From positions 131,305 to 195,304 of the forward strand of contig JBOEGF010000020.1 in the NCBI GenBank assembly GCA_050633305.1: DNA of 64,000 bases. The letters are read 5' to 3'. Source of the stretch: Nannocystales bacterium. Its GTDB lineage: Bacteria > Myxococcota_A > Polyangia > Nannocystales > Nannocystaceae. Numbering within the stretch: position 1 is the stretch's first letter; the number at the start of each line of letters is the position of its first letter. Below the pieces are notes generated by a model. The model was not told the DNA's origin, made no database searches, and saw nothing but the letters and a program-made list of their open reading frames with translations. Position numbers and translations under genes: made by a program. Shown in pieces: positions 49,292 to 59,376 of this stretch.

Positions 49292-50419
49292 ATGTCGTTG
49301 GCGGATCCGGAGTCGGCCTGCCGCGAGCTGCTCGGCATCGCCGGCGTGCCCATCGGAGGCGACGAGCCCCACGCGATCCATGTCCACGACTCGCGCTTTT
49401 ATCGCAAGGTTTTGGCAGACGGCCTGCTCGGACTGGGCGAGTCCTACATGGACCAGTGGTGGGATTGCGAGCAGCTCGACGAAGCGATCTCCCGGATGGT
49501 CGTCGCCCAGCTGCGACGCCACGTCCTGGGCAGTCCCCGCATCGCATCGGGAACCGTCGTCGCCAAGCTCACCAACATGCAATCCGTCGCCCGTGCGTTC
49601 GAGGTCGGACAGAAGCACTACGACATCGGCAACGACCTGTACGAAGCAATGCTCGACAGTCGCATGGTCTACACCTGCGGCTACTGGAAAGACGCGGACA
49701 ACCTCGAGGACGCCCAGATCGCCAAGCTCGACCTTGTCTGCCGCAAGGCGGGGCTCAAACCGGGGATGCGAGTTCTCGAGCTCGGGTGTGGTTGGGGCAG
49801 CTTCGCCAAGTACGCCGCCGAGAACTACGGGGTCTCGGTCGAGGGCTACACCGTTTCCAAGGAACAAGTCGCGCTCGGCATGGAGCGCTGTAAGGGCTTG
49901 CCCGTGAAACTGCACCTCGCCGACTACCGCGACGCCACGGGCGAGTACGACGCGGTGATCTCGATCGGGATCATGGAACACATCGGTGCGAAGAACTACG
50001 AGACGTACATGAAGCTCGCGCACCGTTGCCTCAAGCCCGGTGGCATCGCGCTCATCCACACGATCGGCTTCCACTCCAAGCAGGCGCTGATCGACCCGTT
50101 CTATCACCGCTACGTCTTCCCCAACGCGCAACTGCCCAGCCTGGCGCAGCTGGCTGAGGCCGCCGAAGACCGTTTCGTCGTCGAGGATGTGCACAACTTC
50201 GGCCCCGACTACGACCCCACGTTGATGGCGTGGTTCGAAAACTTCGACGCCGCCTGGCCAACCTTGAAGGCCACGGGTCGTTACGACGAGAACTTCTACC
50301 GGATGTGGAAGTTCTACTTGCTGTCCTGCGCAGGCGGATTCAGAGGCCGAACCACGCAGCTCTTCCAGTTGGTCTTGACCCCTCGCGGTGCACCGCAACC
50401 CGATTGCAGGCTCGCCTGA
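49292..50419 (+). CDS. cfa: Cyclopropane-fatty-acyl-phospholipid synthase
   Basis: LGLGESYM, HYDIGNDLY, MVYTCGYW, LELGCGWG, RMWKFYLLSC. Confidence 0.93.
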   Translation: MSLADPESACRELLGIAGVPIGGDEPHAIHVHDSRFYRKVLADGLLGLGESYMDQWWDCEQLDEAISRMVVAQLRRHVLGSPRIASGTVVAKLTNMQSVARAFEVGQKHYDIGNDLYEAMLDSRMVYTCGYWKDADNLEDAQIAKLDLVCRKAGLKPGMRVLELGCGWGSFAKYAAENYGVSVEGYTVSKEQVALGMERCKGLPVKLHLADYRDATGEYDAVISIGIMEHIGAKNYETYMKLAHRCLKPGGIALIHTIGFHSKQALIDPFYHRYVFPNAQLPSLAQLAEAAEDRFVVEDVHNFGPDYDPTLMAWFENFDAAWPTLKATGRYDENFYRMWKFYLLSCAGGFRGRTTQLFQLVLTPRGAPQPDCRLA

Positions 50420-50452
50420 GCGAAGGAGTTTGAGAGGCTCACGCGGCCGGGC

Positions 50453-51310
50453 TCAGGCCCCGGCCTCGTACTCGTCGATCGCTCTGATGATCCGCTTGGC
50501 GGCCTTCTTGGCGGATCGTGGCGTGGGATGCAGCCCATCGGGCAACGTGTTCATGTTGGCCCATGCATCCACGACGATCGCATCCGGAAGGTCTTCGGCG
50601 ATGCGCTCACGCCACCGGTCGGCGAGGAGGTTCCATTGTGCCTCGTTTGCGTACCAGGTGAGCCCTGTCGCCCCCGCTTGAATCGAGAGGTCGATGTCGT
50701 CGTAGTCGGGATACTTCGGGAAGATCGGAACGAGCCCGACATCCATGGCCTCGGTGGCCGCCTCGATCACCTCGTCGACAAACGCGTCGACCTCGGCTTC
50801 TCCACAGGGGGATGAATCCAACTGCGGAATTCCGGCTGCGCCTGAATGCATGCAGTCGTTCACAATGCCGAAATAGACGTACTGAGCATTGTACGCGACC
50901 ACGGTGGCAGGGTCGGTCGGGTCGGGAATCGCGACCCGGGCCAAGGCCTTGGAGAGCTGAGCGGAGTATCCGAGCCATCCCACGGAGAGGCAAAATGTGT
51001 CGAGACACATCGTCCGGTCCGTCGCAGTGGCACCGGCTTGGGCCTCGTTGACCACGAACATGCCCTGCCGCGAAAGCGCATCGCCAAGGTCCATGTAGCT
51101 GCCAAACCCGACCGACGAGCCCCCGAATGGGCCCTGAAGCATGTCGTCGAGCGGCAGCTTGCCCTCGGCGTACGACGCTCCCAAGACAAGGATTGGGCTG
51201 TCACTTGGGACAGGTAACGGCGCTGCGTCTGCGGCGGCTGGTGCTGAAAGAGTGACTGCCGCGAGGAAACTAGCGGCAACGGTTCGGAAAGCGATCTTGG
51301 TGTTGTTCAT
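50453..51310 (-). CDS. Secreted SGNH/GDSL-type hydrolase
   Basis: Signal peptide; LGASY (block I), AGAT, NDC, DGLHP. Confidence 0.8.
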   Translation of the reverse strand: MNNTKIAFRTVAASFLAAVTLSAPAAADAAPLPVPSDSPILVLGASYAEGKLPLDDMLQGPFGGSSVGFGSYMDLGDALSRQGMFVVNEAQAGATATDRTMCLDTFCLSVGWLGYSAQLSKALARVAIPDPTDPATVVAYNAQYVYFGIVNDCMHSGAAGIPQLDSSPCGEAEVDAFVDEVIEAATEAMDVGLVPIFPKYPDYDDIDLSIQAGATGLTWYANEAQWNLLADRWRERIAEDLPDAIVVDAWANMNTLPDGLHPTPRSAKKAAKRIIRAIDEYEAGA

Positions 51311-51585
51311 GAACTATGTCTCGCACCTTCGTGCAACACCCGGCGACCCGGCAGGGTCCTAGCGCTCAAGCCTCGAGCTCCGGTCGCCGAGGCATTGCTG
51401 CCTCGGTACGTACGCTAGACCCTAACCTGCTTGCGCTGTACAGCGGGCGCGGCCAGTGCCGAACCGGGTCGGTGCAGTGCACTTCGGGTGGGCTTTCCCC
51501 CGCTGCGATGCAGGGACCGTGTTCTGAACAACAAGCTGGCCAGCCGGCCATCGCCGGGCGAATCCAGCCCGAAGCGGTCGCGGAC

Positions 51586-52635
51586 TCAGCCTCCGAAACG
51601 CTTGGCGCGCTCGCGCCAGTACGCCGCCACGCCAGACTCCCGATGCACGCTCTGCCCCATCATCGGGCTCAACAGCTGCACACCGGCTTTATCCGCCAAC
51701 TCCAGAAGCGTCGCGATCGGCTCGTCCCAGTCGTGCAGCGCCAAGCTAAACGTGCCCCAGTGCACGGGCATCATCGTCTTCGCCTTGACCCGCTGGTGAG
51801 TGGTCATCGCGTTCTTGGGCCCGAGGTGGATGCTGCCCCACGCTTCGTGAAATGCACCGATCTCGATCATGCTCAGGTCGAATCCCCCGAAGCGCTCCGA
51901 GATCTCGTCCCAAGCCTGCTCCCAGATCCCCGTGTCGCCTGAGAACCAGACGGAGTGTTTGGGCCCCCGCATCGCCCAGCTCGACCAGAATGTCGCCTTG
52001 CTCGCGGTCGGCCCTCGTCCCGCGAAGTGACGACAGGGGCACGCGGTGATCTCCAACCCGGCGATCTCCATGCTCTCCCACCACGCCAGCTCGGTGATCC
52101 GCTCGGGCGGGACCCCCCACCGTTCGAGATGGGCACCCACGCCCAGCGAAGTGACCCACGGCGTGTCCCGTGCAGCGAGTCGCTGGACCGTGGGCAGATC
52201 GAGGTGGTCGTAGTGATCGTGGGAAACGAGGATCAGATCCAAGTCCGGCAGCTGCTCGGGCTCGATCGGTGGTGCGTGAAAACGCTTTGGGCCCATCCAG
52301 GAGAATGGACCCGCCCGGGGACCAAACACCGGGTCGGTCAGGATCAACGCACCATCGATCTCGACCAGCGACGTGCTGTGCCCGAGCCACGTGACGCGGA
52401 GCGCTTCCCCTTTGCCGGCCACAAGTGACGCCGGCTCCGGCCGCACCAAGGGGTGCTCCTGCTTCGGAACCCGCAGGCCGGGATCGCTGATGTACTCCCA
52501 CGCCAGCCCCAGACTCGGACGGGCTTGCGGTGTCTCAATCGGGTTCCGAAAGCGCTCGCCATCGAAGTGCGGACTGTCCTGCAACTTCTCCAGCCGCGCC
52601 CCGGTGCTGTGTCCCCCAAACACTTCCATCGTCAT
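51586..52635 (-). CDS. MBL-fold metallo-hydrolase (RomA/NAPE-PLD-like)
   Basis: WLGHST, LTDPVF, SHDHYDH, FSGDTG, PVHWGTF. Confidence 0.9.
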   Translation of the reverse strand: MTMEVFGGHSTGARLEKLQDSPHFDGERFRNPIETPQARPSLGLAWEYISDPGLRVPKQEHPLVRPEPASLVAGKGEALRVTWLGHSTSLVEIDGALILTDPVFGPRAGPFSWMGPKRFHAPPIEPEQLPDLDLILVSHDHYDHLDLPTVQRLAARDTPWVTSLGVGAHLERWGVPPERITELAWWESMEIAGLEITACPCRHFAGRGPTASKATFWSSWAMRGPKHSVWFSGDTGIWEQAWDEISERFGGFDLSMIEIGAFHEAWGSIHLGPKNAMTTHQRVKAKTMMPVHWGTFSLALHDWDEPIATLLELADKAGVQLLSPMMGQSVHRESGVAAYWRERAKRFGG

Positions 52636-52701
52636 GCGGGGAGTCTAGAACGCTTCGCGGGCATGGACGACGAGTGCCCCGACAAGATGCGTCCCTCGGC
52701 G

Positions 52702-52947
52702 CTATAGCTCGCCCGCGAGCGCGCGCTGCAACGCCTTTCGCTCCTCTTCGCACTCCGGGCAGATCTGCTCGTGGTGTTCCATCAACGCCCTGAGCTCGGG
52801 CTCGATGTTGCCCTCCACCAGCCTCGCGAGGTGCTCCGCAAACCCTTCACAGTCGATCTCTTCACCCCGTGTCAGCTCGAGCATGCGGGCGATCGAGGCC
52901 CTCGCGGGGTGGTCGCCTGGGGCCGGCGCAGCTTTTGGGTCAGTCAT
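52702..52947 (-). CDS. Cytoplasmic zinc-finger (ZAS/zf-HC2-type) anti-sigma factor
   Basis: IDC...HEQICPEC (Hx3Cx2C); start overlaps the stop of the ECF gene; no TM segment. Confidence 0.8.
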   Translation of the reverse strand: MTDPKAAPAPGDHPARASIARMLELTRGEEIDCEGFAEHLARLVEGNIEPELRALMEHHEQICPECEEERKALQRALAGEL

Positions 52948-53546
52948 GCGGTTGTCTCCTCGGTCGAGAGCAGGTCGTCGGGGCCGTAGCCGGCCTGCTG
53001 CAGATGAGCGAGCAAGCGCTTGCGACCGTCGTGCAAGAGCTTGTACAGCGCGCCTCGCTTGCGGCCCGTGCGTCGGCCGATCTCCATCATGGAGAGGCCT
53101 GCCAGTTTGGCGAGCAACGCCTCGCGCTGGGTTTGTGTGAGCGCCTCCTCGATGGCTTCGTACAGCACGGTGCGGGCGTCTTCTTGTTGAAGCGACTTGG
53201 GGGCGAGGGCTTGCCCGAGTGCTTCACGACCCTCGGCGAGGACCTGCTCCATCGCCCGGGAGGCGTGTTTGCGCTTGCGGATCTCGCCGAGCGCAACGCG
53301 AACCCCGATCGCCGTGGCCCAGGTGAGGAACTGGCTGTCGCCGCGGAAGTCATCGAGCTTCGCGAGGGTGCGGGCGACAGCGTCCTGCGTGAGATCATCG
53401 AGGTCTGCGTCGGACAGCTGACGACCGAAGCTCCGGCCGAGCGCACGCCGAAGACGATCTCGCAGCCGGACCGCAGCATCGTCGCGGCGAGCGGGGTCAC
53501 GCAACGCGGAGACCCAATCGCATTCGGCGGCCACGGCTCTGTCCAC
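52944..53546 (-). CDS. ECF sigma factor
   Basis: DDLTQDA..L.KLDDFRGDSQFLTWA (region 2); LTQTQR and LYKLLHDGRKRL (region 4). Confidence 0.88.
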   Translation of the reverse strand: MDRAVAAECDWVSALRDPARRDDAAVRLRDRLRRALGRSFGRQLSDADLDDLTQDAVARTLAKLDDFRGDSQFLTWATAIGVRVALGEIRKRKHASRAMEQVLAEGREALGQALAPKSLQQEDARTVLYEAIEEALTQTQREALLAKLAGLSMMEIGRRTGRKRGALYKLLHDGRKRLLAHLQQAGYGPDDLLSTEETTA

Positions 53547-53577
53547 GAAGGCACTTTGGCCCCCTGCCCCCAGAGGG

Positions 53578-55014
53578 TCAAGCGCCCGGTCCCATCTCCG
53601 AGACCTGACACTTGATCGGGTCCCCCTGGTTGAGGTTGGCACGCAGGTCGACCAAGGCGGAGCGCAAGCCCTCCTCGACAACGGGGTGGTAAAACGGCAA
53701 CTCCAGCACTTCGTGCACGTTCAAGCCGCGCTGCACCACCCAAGCCAACAGGTGGGTGAGGTGCTCGACGGCAGGGCCAAAGAGCTCAGCACCCAGCAGC
53801 ACACCGGAGTCTTTGTCCGCATAGATACGGACCCGACCCGCGTTCTTGCGATGCACCCGAGCCCGCCCCTGGTTGCCGTAGTCGACCTCGCCCACGACTG
53901 CCGAACAGGACTGAAGCGCGGCATAGCTTTGCCCGACCATGCCGATCTGCGGGGAGGTGAACACCACGCCCATCGAGACCTGGCGGGGGGGTGACAGCAC
54001 CTCGGGGAACCTCGCCGCGTTCTCCCCTGCGACGCGCCCGTCATGGGCGGCCTCGTGCAACAGCGGGCGCATGCCGTTGACGTCACCCGCCACAAAGACA
54101 GGGTGGTCGCCGAGCTGCAAGGAAAGCGGGTCGATGGTGTAGCGACCCCGCTCGTCCGCTTCGATCCCCATCGAGTCCAACCCCAGGTTCCGGAGATTGG
54201 GGGAACGGCCGGCCGCCATGAGGACCTTCTCGAACCGCTCATCGCGCTCGGTCCCTTTGCTGTCTCGAAAACGAACCTGGACCCCGCCGGACACGGGCTC
54301 GATGCCATGCAAGGTGTAGTCGTCGTGCACGTCGAGTTCCCGGCCGAAGACCTCGAGCGCCTCTTTTTTCACAGCGGGGTCCGAGAGCGGACCCACCATG
54401 CCGCCCAGCCCCACCAATGTGACGCGCACGCCGAGCCGCGCGAACGCTTGGCCGAGCTCCAGTCCGATGACACCGAGCCCCACCACGAGGATGCTCTCGG
54501 GGAGGTCGTCCATCTCGAACACCTCTTCGTTGCTGAGCAGCACCTGCTCGAGGGCTCGAAATGGCGGAGGCGTGAAGGAGCTGCTCCCCGTCGCGACCAC
54601 CAACCGCTTGAACGTGACCTCGGTGTGCTCGTCGACTTGGAGCGTTCCTGGCCCGGTCACGCGGCCTCGGCCCACGAGCAGCTCGCCTTCGTCCTTGGCG
54701 GTTTCGATGGCTTCGTTGACAAAGCCGACGAAGCGGTCCCGTTCGGCTTGAACGCGCTTCATCACCGCGGGGCCGTCGATCTTCACCTGCGGGACCTCAA
54801 TGCCGAAGGGGCCCGCCTGCGCTGCGTTGTGGGCGACATCGGCGGCCGCGATGAGCAGCTTGCTGGGCATACAACCCACCCGAGCGCAGGTGGTTCCGAA
54901 CGGGCCGGGATCGATCATGACCACGCTCGCTCCGGATTTCTTGGCGGCACGCCGGGCCGAGAGTCCGGCCGTGCCAGCACCCAGGATCGCTACATCGACG
55001 TTGCGTTGTTCCAT
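53578..55014 (-). CDS. Flavoprotein disulfide reductase (dihydrolipoamide-dehydrogenase-like)
   Basis: GAGTAG, GTTCARVGCMPSK redox pair, ATGS, GLGVIG, YHPVVEE. Confidence 0.9.
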   Translation of the reverse strand: MEQRNVDVAILGAGTAGLSARRAAKKSGASVVMIDPGPFGTTCARVGCMPSKLLIAAADVAHNAAQAGPFGIEVPQVKIDGPAVMKRVQAERDRFVGFVNEAIETAKDEGELLVGRGRVTGPGTLQVDEHTEVTFKRLVVATGSSSFTPPPFRALEQVLLSNEEVFEMDDLPESILVVGLGVIGLELGQAFARLGVRVTLVGLGGMVGPLSDPAVKKEALEVFGRELDVHDDYTLHGIEPVSGGVQVRFRDSKGTERDERFEKVLMAAGRSPNLRNLGLDSMGIEADERGRYTIDPLSLQLGDHPVFVAGDVNGMRPLLHEAAHDGRVAGENAARFPEVLSPPRQVSMGVVFTSPQIGMVGQSYAALQSCSAVVGEVDYGNQGRARVHRKNAGRVRIYADKDSGVLLGAELFGPAVEHLTHLLAWVVQRGLNVHEVLELPFYHPVVEEGLRSALVDLRANLNQGDPIKCQVSEMGPGA

Positions 55015-55042
55015 GTCGTTTTCCAAGTCGTGTTCGGGAGAT

Positions 55043-55315
55043 TCAGGCAGCAGCCAAGCCGCGGAGGTACTCGATGATGTCGCGGGATTCGCCCATCAGG
55101 CGTTCGCCGTCGTCGCCGGGAATCCCGAGGACGGGCACGGTTCCGCGCCCCCGCCGCTCGATCAACATCGCGCGGGCCTCGGGGTTGGAGCCGATGTCCA
55201 CCAGCTTGAGCTCGATGCCGAGCCCCTCAGCGCTGTGGCGTACATCAATGCAGAACGGGCAGTACTCGAGGTGGTAGAGGGTCATGCTGTCGTGTCCTTC
55301 ACCCGTTGGATGCAC
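55043..55315 (-). CDS. Glutaredoxin-like protein
   Basis: LYHLEYCPFC, TVPVL, ESRDIIEYL. Confidence 0.88.
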   Translation of the reverse strand: MHPTGEGHDSMTLYHLEYCPFCIDVRHSAEGLGIELKLVDIGSNPEARAMLIERRGRGTVPVLGIPGDDGERLMGESRDIIEYLRGLAAA

Positions 55316-55398
55316 GAGCGGAGAGGGTCTTACCGCGCGACGTCATTTTCTTCGGCGCCAGCCACTCAAGCCCGACGAAGATTCGGTACGCTGTCAGG

Positions 55399-56097
55399 AT
55401 GCGTAACGGTTTCTTGCTTGGATTGCCCCTTCTTGCCGCTTCTGCCTGTGGGAGCCCCTCGGTCTCGTTCGACTCTGACACCGATGCGGGATCGGGCAGC
55501 GGGTCGACCGGCGCCCCGATCGACATCGACACGATGACCACCTCCGGAGGTAGCCAGTCCGGGACCTCGCAGAGCGGGACCGGCGTCGCCGACAGCTCTG
55601 GCGTCACCACCAACGTGGATTCGTCGGGTGGTCCGACGGACACCGACCCGACCTCGGACGAAAGCACGTCCTCTGCAACGACCGGCGGTACGGACACCAC
55701 CAGCGGCGGGGAGTCGTCCAGCAGCTCCTCGACGGGGGGCGAGTCGAGCTCCAGTTCCAGCAGCTCGAGTGAGACGACCAGCGGCGGCGGCTCGGAGTAC
55801 AGCGGAGACTACGAAGGCACCGTCAGTGCGCTGTGCGGAGGCGCCCCGCTCAATGGCGCGGTCGAGTTCACGGTGGAAGGCGACGGCACACTCACCGGAA
55901 CGGTGACCGCAGCCGCGATCGGCACGGGCACCATCGACGGAGACGTCGATGACATGGGTGATGTCGATGCGACCGCCAACGTCATCATCGACACCTGCTC
56001 CATGGTTGGCTCGATCGACGACGCGGGGGACGCAAGCGGCACATTCGTCTGCGTCGCCGTGGGTTGCTCGGGAACCTGGGAAGCGAGCGAGGTCTAG
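55399..56097 (+). CDS. Ser/Thr-rich lipoprotein with four-Cys beta-rich C-domain (paralogue of 57945-58550)
   Basis: Lipobox AASAC; YEGT..LC...TC..G...SGTFVC..GCSGTW. Confidence 0.75.
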   Translation: MRNGFLLGLPLLAASACGSPSVSFDSDTDAGSGSGSTGAPIDIDTMTTSGGSQSGTSQSGTGVADSSGVTTNVDSSGGPTDTDPTSDESTSSATTGGTDTTSGGESSSSSSTGGESSSSSSSSSETTSGGGSEYSGDYEGTVSALCGGAPLNGAVEFTVEGDGTLTGTVTAAAIGTGTIDGDVDDMGDVDATANVIIDTCSMVGSIDDAGDASGTFVCVAVGCSGTWEASEV

Positions 56098-56143
56098 CCA
56101 TCAGTGGTGGGTCCGGCGGTGCTACCGCTGGACCCTGTCTGCT

Positions 56144-57700
56144 CTACGCACGGGGCGAGGACACCCGAGCCCGGCGGCGGCGGCGGCGTAGAAGGGAGAG
56201 TCCGCCGATCATCCCAAACAACCATCCCGCACCGCCCTCCTGGGTTCGACAGCCACAACCGCTGCTCTCGCCTTCTTGGGGCGGAAGCGCCGGCCCGCTG
56301 TCGTCCTCGGACGACCCGCCTGGGGCATCGCCCGTGCTCGAGGTCTCCGGGGACCCACCCGATGAGTCGGCGGCGCCAGAGCTGCCCACAGAAGCTCCGG
56401 TTGTGCCGTCGTCGCCGTCGAGCCGTACCAGCTGCACCGCATCGAACACGATGGACAGCTCGCCCTCGACCGGTTCTCCGGTGTTGTCCGCCAGCGCGAG
56501 GGACTGGGGCGTCGCTGTGTCGAACATGAACTCGCCAAGCGACACCCACCCATCGTTCGCGGACTGGTCGAGCATCACGGTGTCCTCCCCCGCAGCGTGC
56601 CGAACCTGATACGCCGCCATGGTCGTCTCGCCAAACGGCTGAACGATGTGGACCTGTACGTCGTAGAGCCCCGACTCCTCGAAATAGAGTTCCCACTGTG
56701 CATGGTTGGACGGCACGGCGTTGCTCGTCGCGTTGGTCCAGACCAACGAACCGCCCTCCCCCTGCGCCTCTTCGCGCCAGTAGTCGGGGTTTCCAAACAA
56801 CGTGTAGCAGGCGTCGCCGTTGTCGAGCGTCCCGCCCTCGGCCGAGACCACCCCACAGGGCTCGCAATCTTCGGGACAGGTCAGCGGATCTTCTCCACCG
56901 CTGCAAACACCGTCGCCACACTCGGGGGATCCGCCCAACGCCGCAAGATCCGCAAGGGAGCCATTGAAGCGATTGACGTCGACCTGCCCCGTGACACCGG
57001 CCACGTCTCCACAGTCGCAGTACTGGTGAAACGCCCACTGACTCCATCCGGTCGGGACTGCTCCGGGGCATTCCACGCCGTACCACGCGATCCACAGCGG
57101 GTAGCCGCCGAACTCGACGGAAGCGACGTTGTCCTGCCAGAAGTAGTGACCCGTGTAGATGATCGGCGGAACACCCAGAGCCGCCTCGACATGATCAACC
57201 CAAGCTCGTACGGCGGCAGCAACGGCGGCGGGACTTTGGCCTGCCGTCGACTCCACGTCGATCACCGGAGGAAGATCGCCGGGCAGAAGCGGCCCCATCG
57301 AGTCCAACAGCAGGTCGGCCTGCGCGATCGGGTCCTCGTCGGGCTCGAAGTATTGGTAGACGCCGGTGTGCAGACCGGCCGCTCGCGAACCGGCCAAGTT
57401 GGTGTCGAACTGCGGGTCGAAGAACTGGGTGCTGTGCGAGACCCGGACGATCGCGTACTCGACCCCGTCCGCCGCGACCGCGTTCCAGTCGATGTCGCCC
57501 TGGTAGTAGGAGACATCAATGCCGAACACCGTCTCGCCGTCGGCACAGACACCGCCACCGCCGACCGGGTCCGGCTCGGAGGTCAGGCGCAAGCCATCCC
57601 CCATCACCGCCCCGAAGGAGCGATCCGCGAGGTCGTCCCCGCTGACCGGGCTCATCGCCAACACCAAGACCGAAGAGAGCAATGCCGAGGACACGACCAA
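56144..57700 (-). CDS. GH25 muramidase with accessory beta-sandwich domain and MYXO-CTERM tail
   Basis: GIDVSYYQG, PVIDVE (DxE), YPLWIAWY, VDVN; C-terminal GCGC + TM + RRRRR. Confidence 0.9.
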   Translation of the reverse strand: MVVSSALLSSVLVLAMSPVSGDDLADRSFGAVMGDGLRLTSEPDPVGGGGVCADGETVFGIDVSYYQGDIDWNAVAADGVEYAIVRVSHSTQFFDPQFDTNLAGSRAAGLHTGVYQYFEPDEDPIAQADLLLDSMGPLLPGDLPPVIDVESTAGQSPAAVAAAVRAWVDHVEAALGVPPIIYTGHYFWQDNVASVEFGGYPLWIAWYGVECPGAVPTGWSQWAFHQYCDCGDVAGVTGQVDVNRFNGSLADLAALGGSPECGDGVCSGGEDPLTCPEDCEPCGVVSAEGGTLDNGDACYTLFGNPDYWREEAQGEGGSLVWTNATSNAVPSNHAQWELYFEESGLYDVQVHIVQPFGETTMAAYQVRHAAGEDTVMLDQSANDGWVSLGEFMFDTATPQSLALADNTGEPVEGELSIVFDAVQLVRLDGDDGTTGASVGSSGAADSSGGSPETSSTGDAPGGSSEDDSGPALPPQEGESSGCGCRTQEGGAGWLFGMIGGLSLLRRRRRRARVSSPRA

Positions 57701-57944
57701 ACCACGGACACGGTACTCGAACTACCCGCCCTGTGTCAGAGGGCGACAACTGGGCCCGAAGGTCCACGTCGTCGACGTATGCTCGATCGCGATTCGTTCG
57801 AGGCCTATGCCGCTGCCGTGCCCGGTCCGCGGCCGAGAGCTCCGTCCTCACGTGCTGCTCACCGCCTCTGCGTCGCGTCTGAGGCCACGCTCTCAGCGCC
57901 GCGACTCATCATCGCCGAGGTCGCCAGCTGCTACCATCCCGACC

Positions 57945-58550
57945 GTGCGGTGGTGGCAGACAGGGCTTGTTGCGGGGCTCCTCGCAGGCGGTTGTACGGA
58001 CTTCGTCGGCGCAGAACAGAGCGATCCGGCGCCGATGGGCACTGGAACGGGCACCTCCCAAGGCACGGCGGACGGATCGACAGGGAGCGAGAGCACCAGC
58101 GGCGCCGCGGAAGGCACGGGCGGCGGTTCCGGCGATGTGTCGACGGGCACGACCGATGAGCCTGCGACAGACACATCGAGCGCGAGTTCATCGACGGGAG
58201 AGGGTCTGGACGCCTCGAGTGGAAGCACATCGGGCGCCGAGGAGTTTCCGTTTGAAGCGACGTACACCGGCTCGTTCTCGGGGGAATGCCAGGCCACGGT
58301 CAACGGATCACTGAGCGTCGCCGTCGATGCCGTGGGCACCATGTCGGGGAGCGCGGTGGCGTTTGGGCAGACTGCGGCTGTCACAGGCACGGTCGACGCC
58401 GCAGGCACAGTCATGGGCGCCGTGGCAGGTGCCGGCCTGGGTCAGTGCAACCTTGCGGGCACAATCGGCGAAGGCGACCTCATTGGAAGCGGCACCTTCA
58501 CCTGCCCCGGCGTCTCGTGCTCCGGGAACTGGACCCTCGTGGGTATCTAG
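57945..58550 (+). CDS. Ser/Thr-rich lipoprotein with four-Cys beta-rich C-domain (paralogue of 55399-56097)
   Basis: Lipobox LAGGC; YTGS..EC...QC..G...SGTFTC..SCSGNW. Confidence 0.75.
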   Translation: MRWWQTGLVAGLLAGGCTDFVGAEQSDPAPMGTGTGTSQGTADGSTGSESTSGAAEGTGGGSGDVSTGTTDEPATDTSSASSSTGEGLDASSGSTSGAEEFPFEATYTGSFSGECQATVNGSLSVAVDAVGTMSGSAVAFGQTAAVTGTVDAAGTVMGAVAGAGLGQCNLAGTIGEGDLIGSGTFTCPGVSCSGNWTLVGI

Positions 58551-58568
58551 CCAGCCAGTGCGGTGGAA

Positions 58569-59300
58569 TCACAGGACTTGAATGCCGGCGAGGGCCGGTT
58601 CGAATCGCGACCGCGGCCGCAAGCGAAAGCTCCCTTCGCCCAGCCGCGCTTGCTGGATGCGGTCGCAGCGAAACGTGCGGACATCGTCACGAAGCTCATC
58701 CCACGCCAGCACGTACCAGATCGGGTGGCAGAGCATGAGGTAGTGCGGCTGAATGCGCCGCTTCGTGAGCTCGGCATGCTCGGATTCGTAGGTCACGGAC
58801 AGCGAGCGCTGCTCGAAGAACGCCTGGTGCAGACGTGCGGCGACTCGCGGCGCAACAACCCCGTGGCCCGCGAGTAGCCCCGAGTGCACGGAGGGGCCCA
58901 CGAGGATCCTCGCCTTGAGTCGACGAACGCGGGCCTTCATCTCCGAGGAGAACGACGCCATCAGTTTGCGGCGAACTCCAACCAGCTCTGCCATCAGCAA
59001 AGGCGAGCGCATCTGCTCGGCCACTGCGAGGCTCACGAGAAGATCGACAGCCTCCTCGTAGTTGAGCTGCAACCGACCGACGCCCCAGTTTTGATCGATC
59101 CGTACCCCACCCCCGCGGCCCCGCTCGGATTCGACGGGCACACCTTGTTCGCGCAGCAGGCTGAGGTCGCGCCGAATCGTACGGGCGCTGGTGCCGAGGT
59201 CGGCGGCGAGGTCCTCGATGGTCGTCGGTTCACCCGACCGCAGCATCGCTTCGAGTCGTCGCAGCCGCTCGATTCGGGCGCCGTCGGAGTGTCTACCCAT
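58569..59300 (-). CDS. HTH-WYL transcriptional regulator
   Basis: LAADLGTSARTIRRDL..LR, GRGGG, WYVLAWD..R..RTFRCDRI. Confidence 0.92.
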   Translation of the reverse strand: MGRHSDGARIERLRRLEAMLRSGEPTTIEDLAADLGTSARTIRRDLSLLREQGVPVESERGRGGGVRIDQNWGVGRLQLNYEEAVDLLVSLAVAEQMRSPLLMAELVGVRRKLMASFSSEMKARVRRLKARILVGPSVHSGLLAGHGVVAPRVAARLHQAFFEQRSLSVTYESEHAELTKRRIQPHYLMLCHPIWYVLAWDELRDDVRTFRCDRIQQARLGEGSFRLRPRSRFEPALAGIQVL

Positions 59301-59310
59301 CCGTGAAACA

Positions 59311-59325
59311 GGACATAAAACGTCC
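59311..59325. promoter_or_regulatory. Candidate WYL-regulator operator
   Basis: GGAC-ATAAAAC-GTCC inverted repeat in the 76-bp divergent spacer. Confidence 0.5.
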
Positions 59326-59376
59326 GCCTTATTTCTAGTCTACACCCACGCCGCTTCTGCGGCGACAGGACACACA

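Noticed and set aside
53578..55014. Calling the reductase lpdA or merA
   Set aside because: No 2-oxoacid dehydrogenase neighbours and no MerA C-terminal CC pair, so the gene symbol was withheld.
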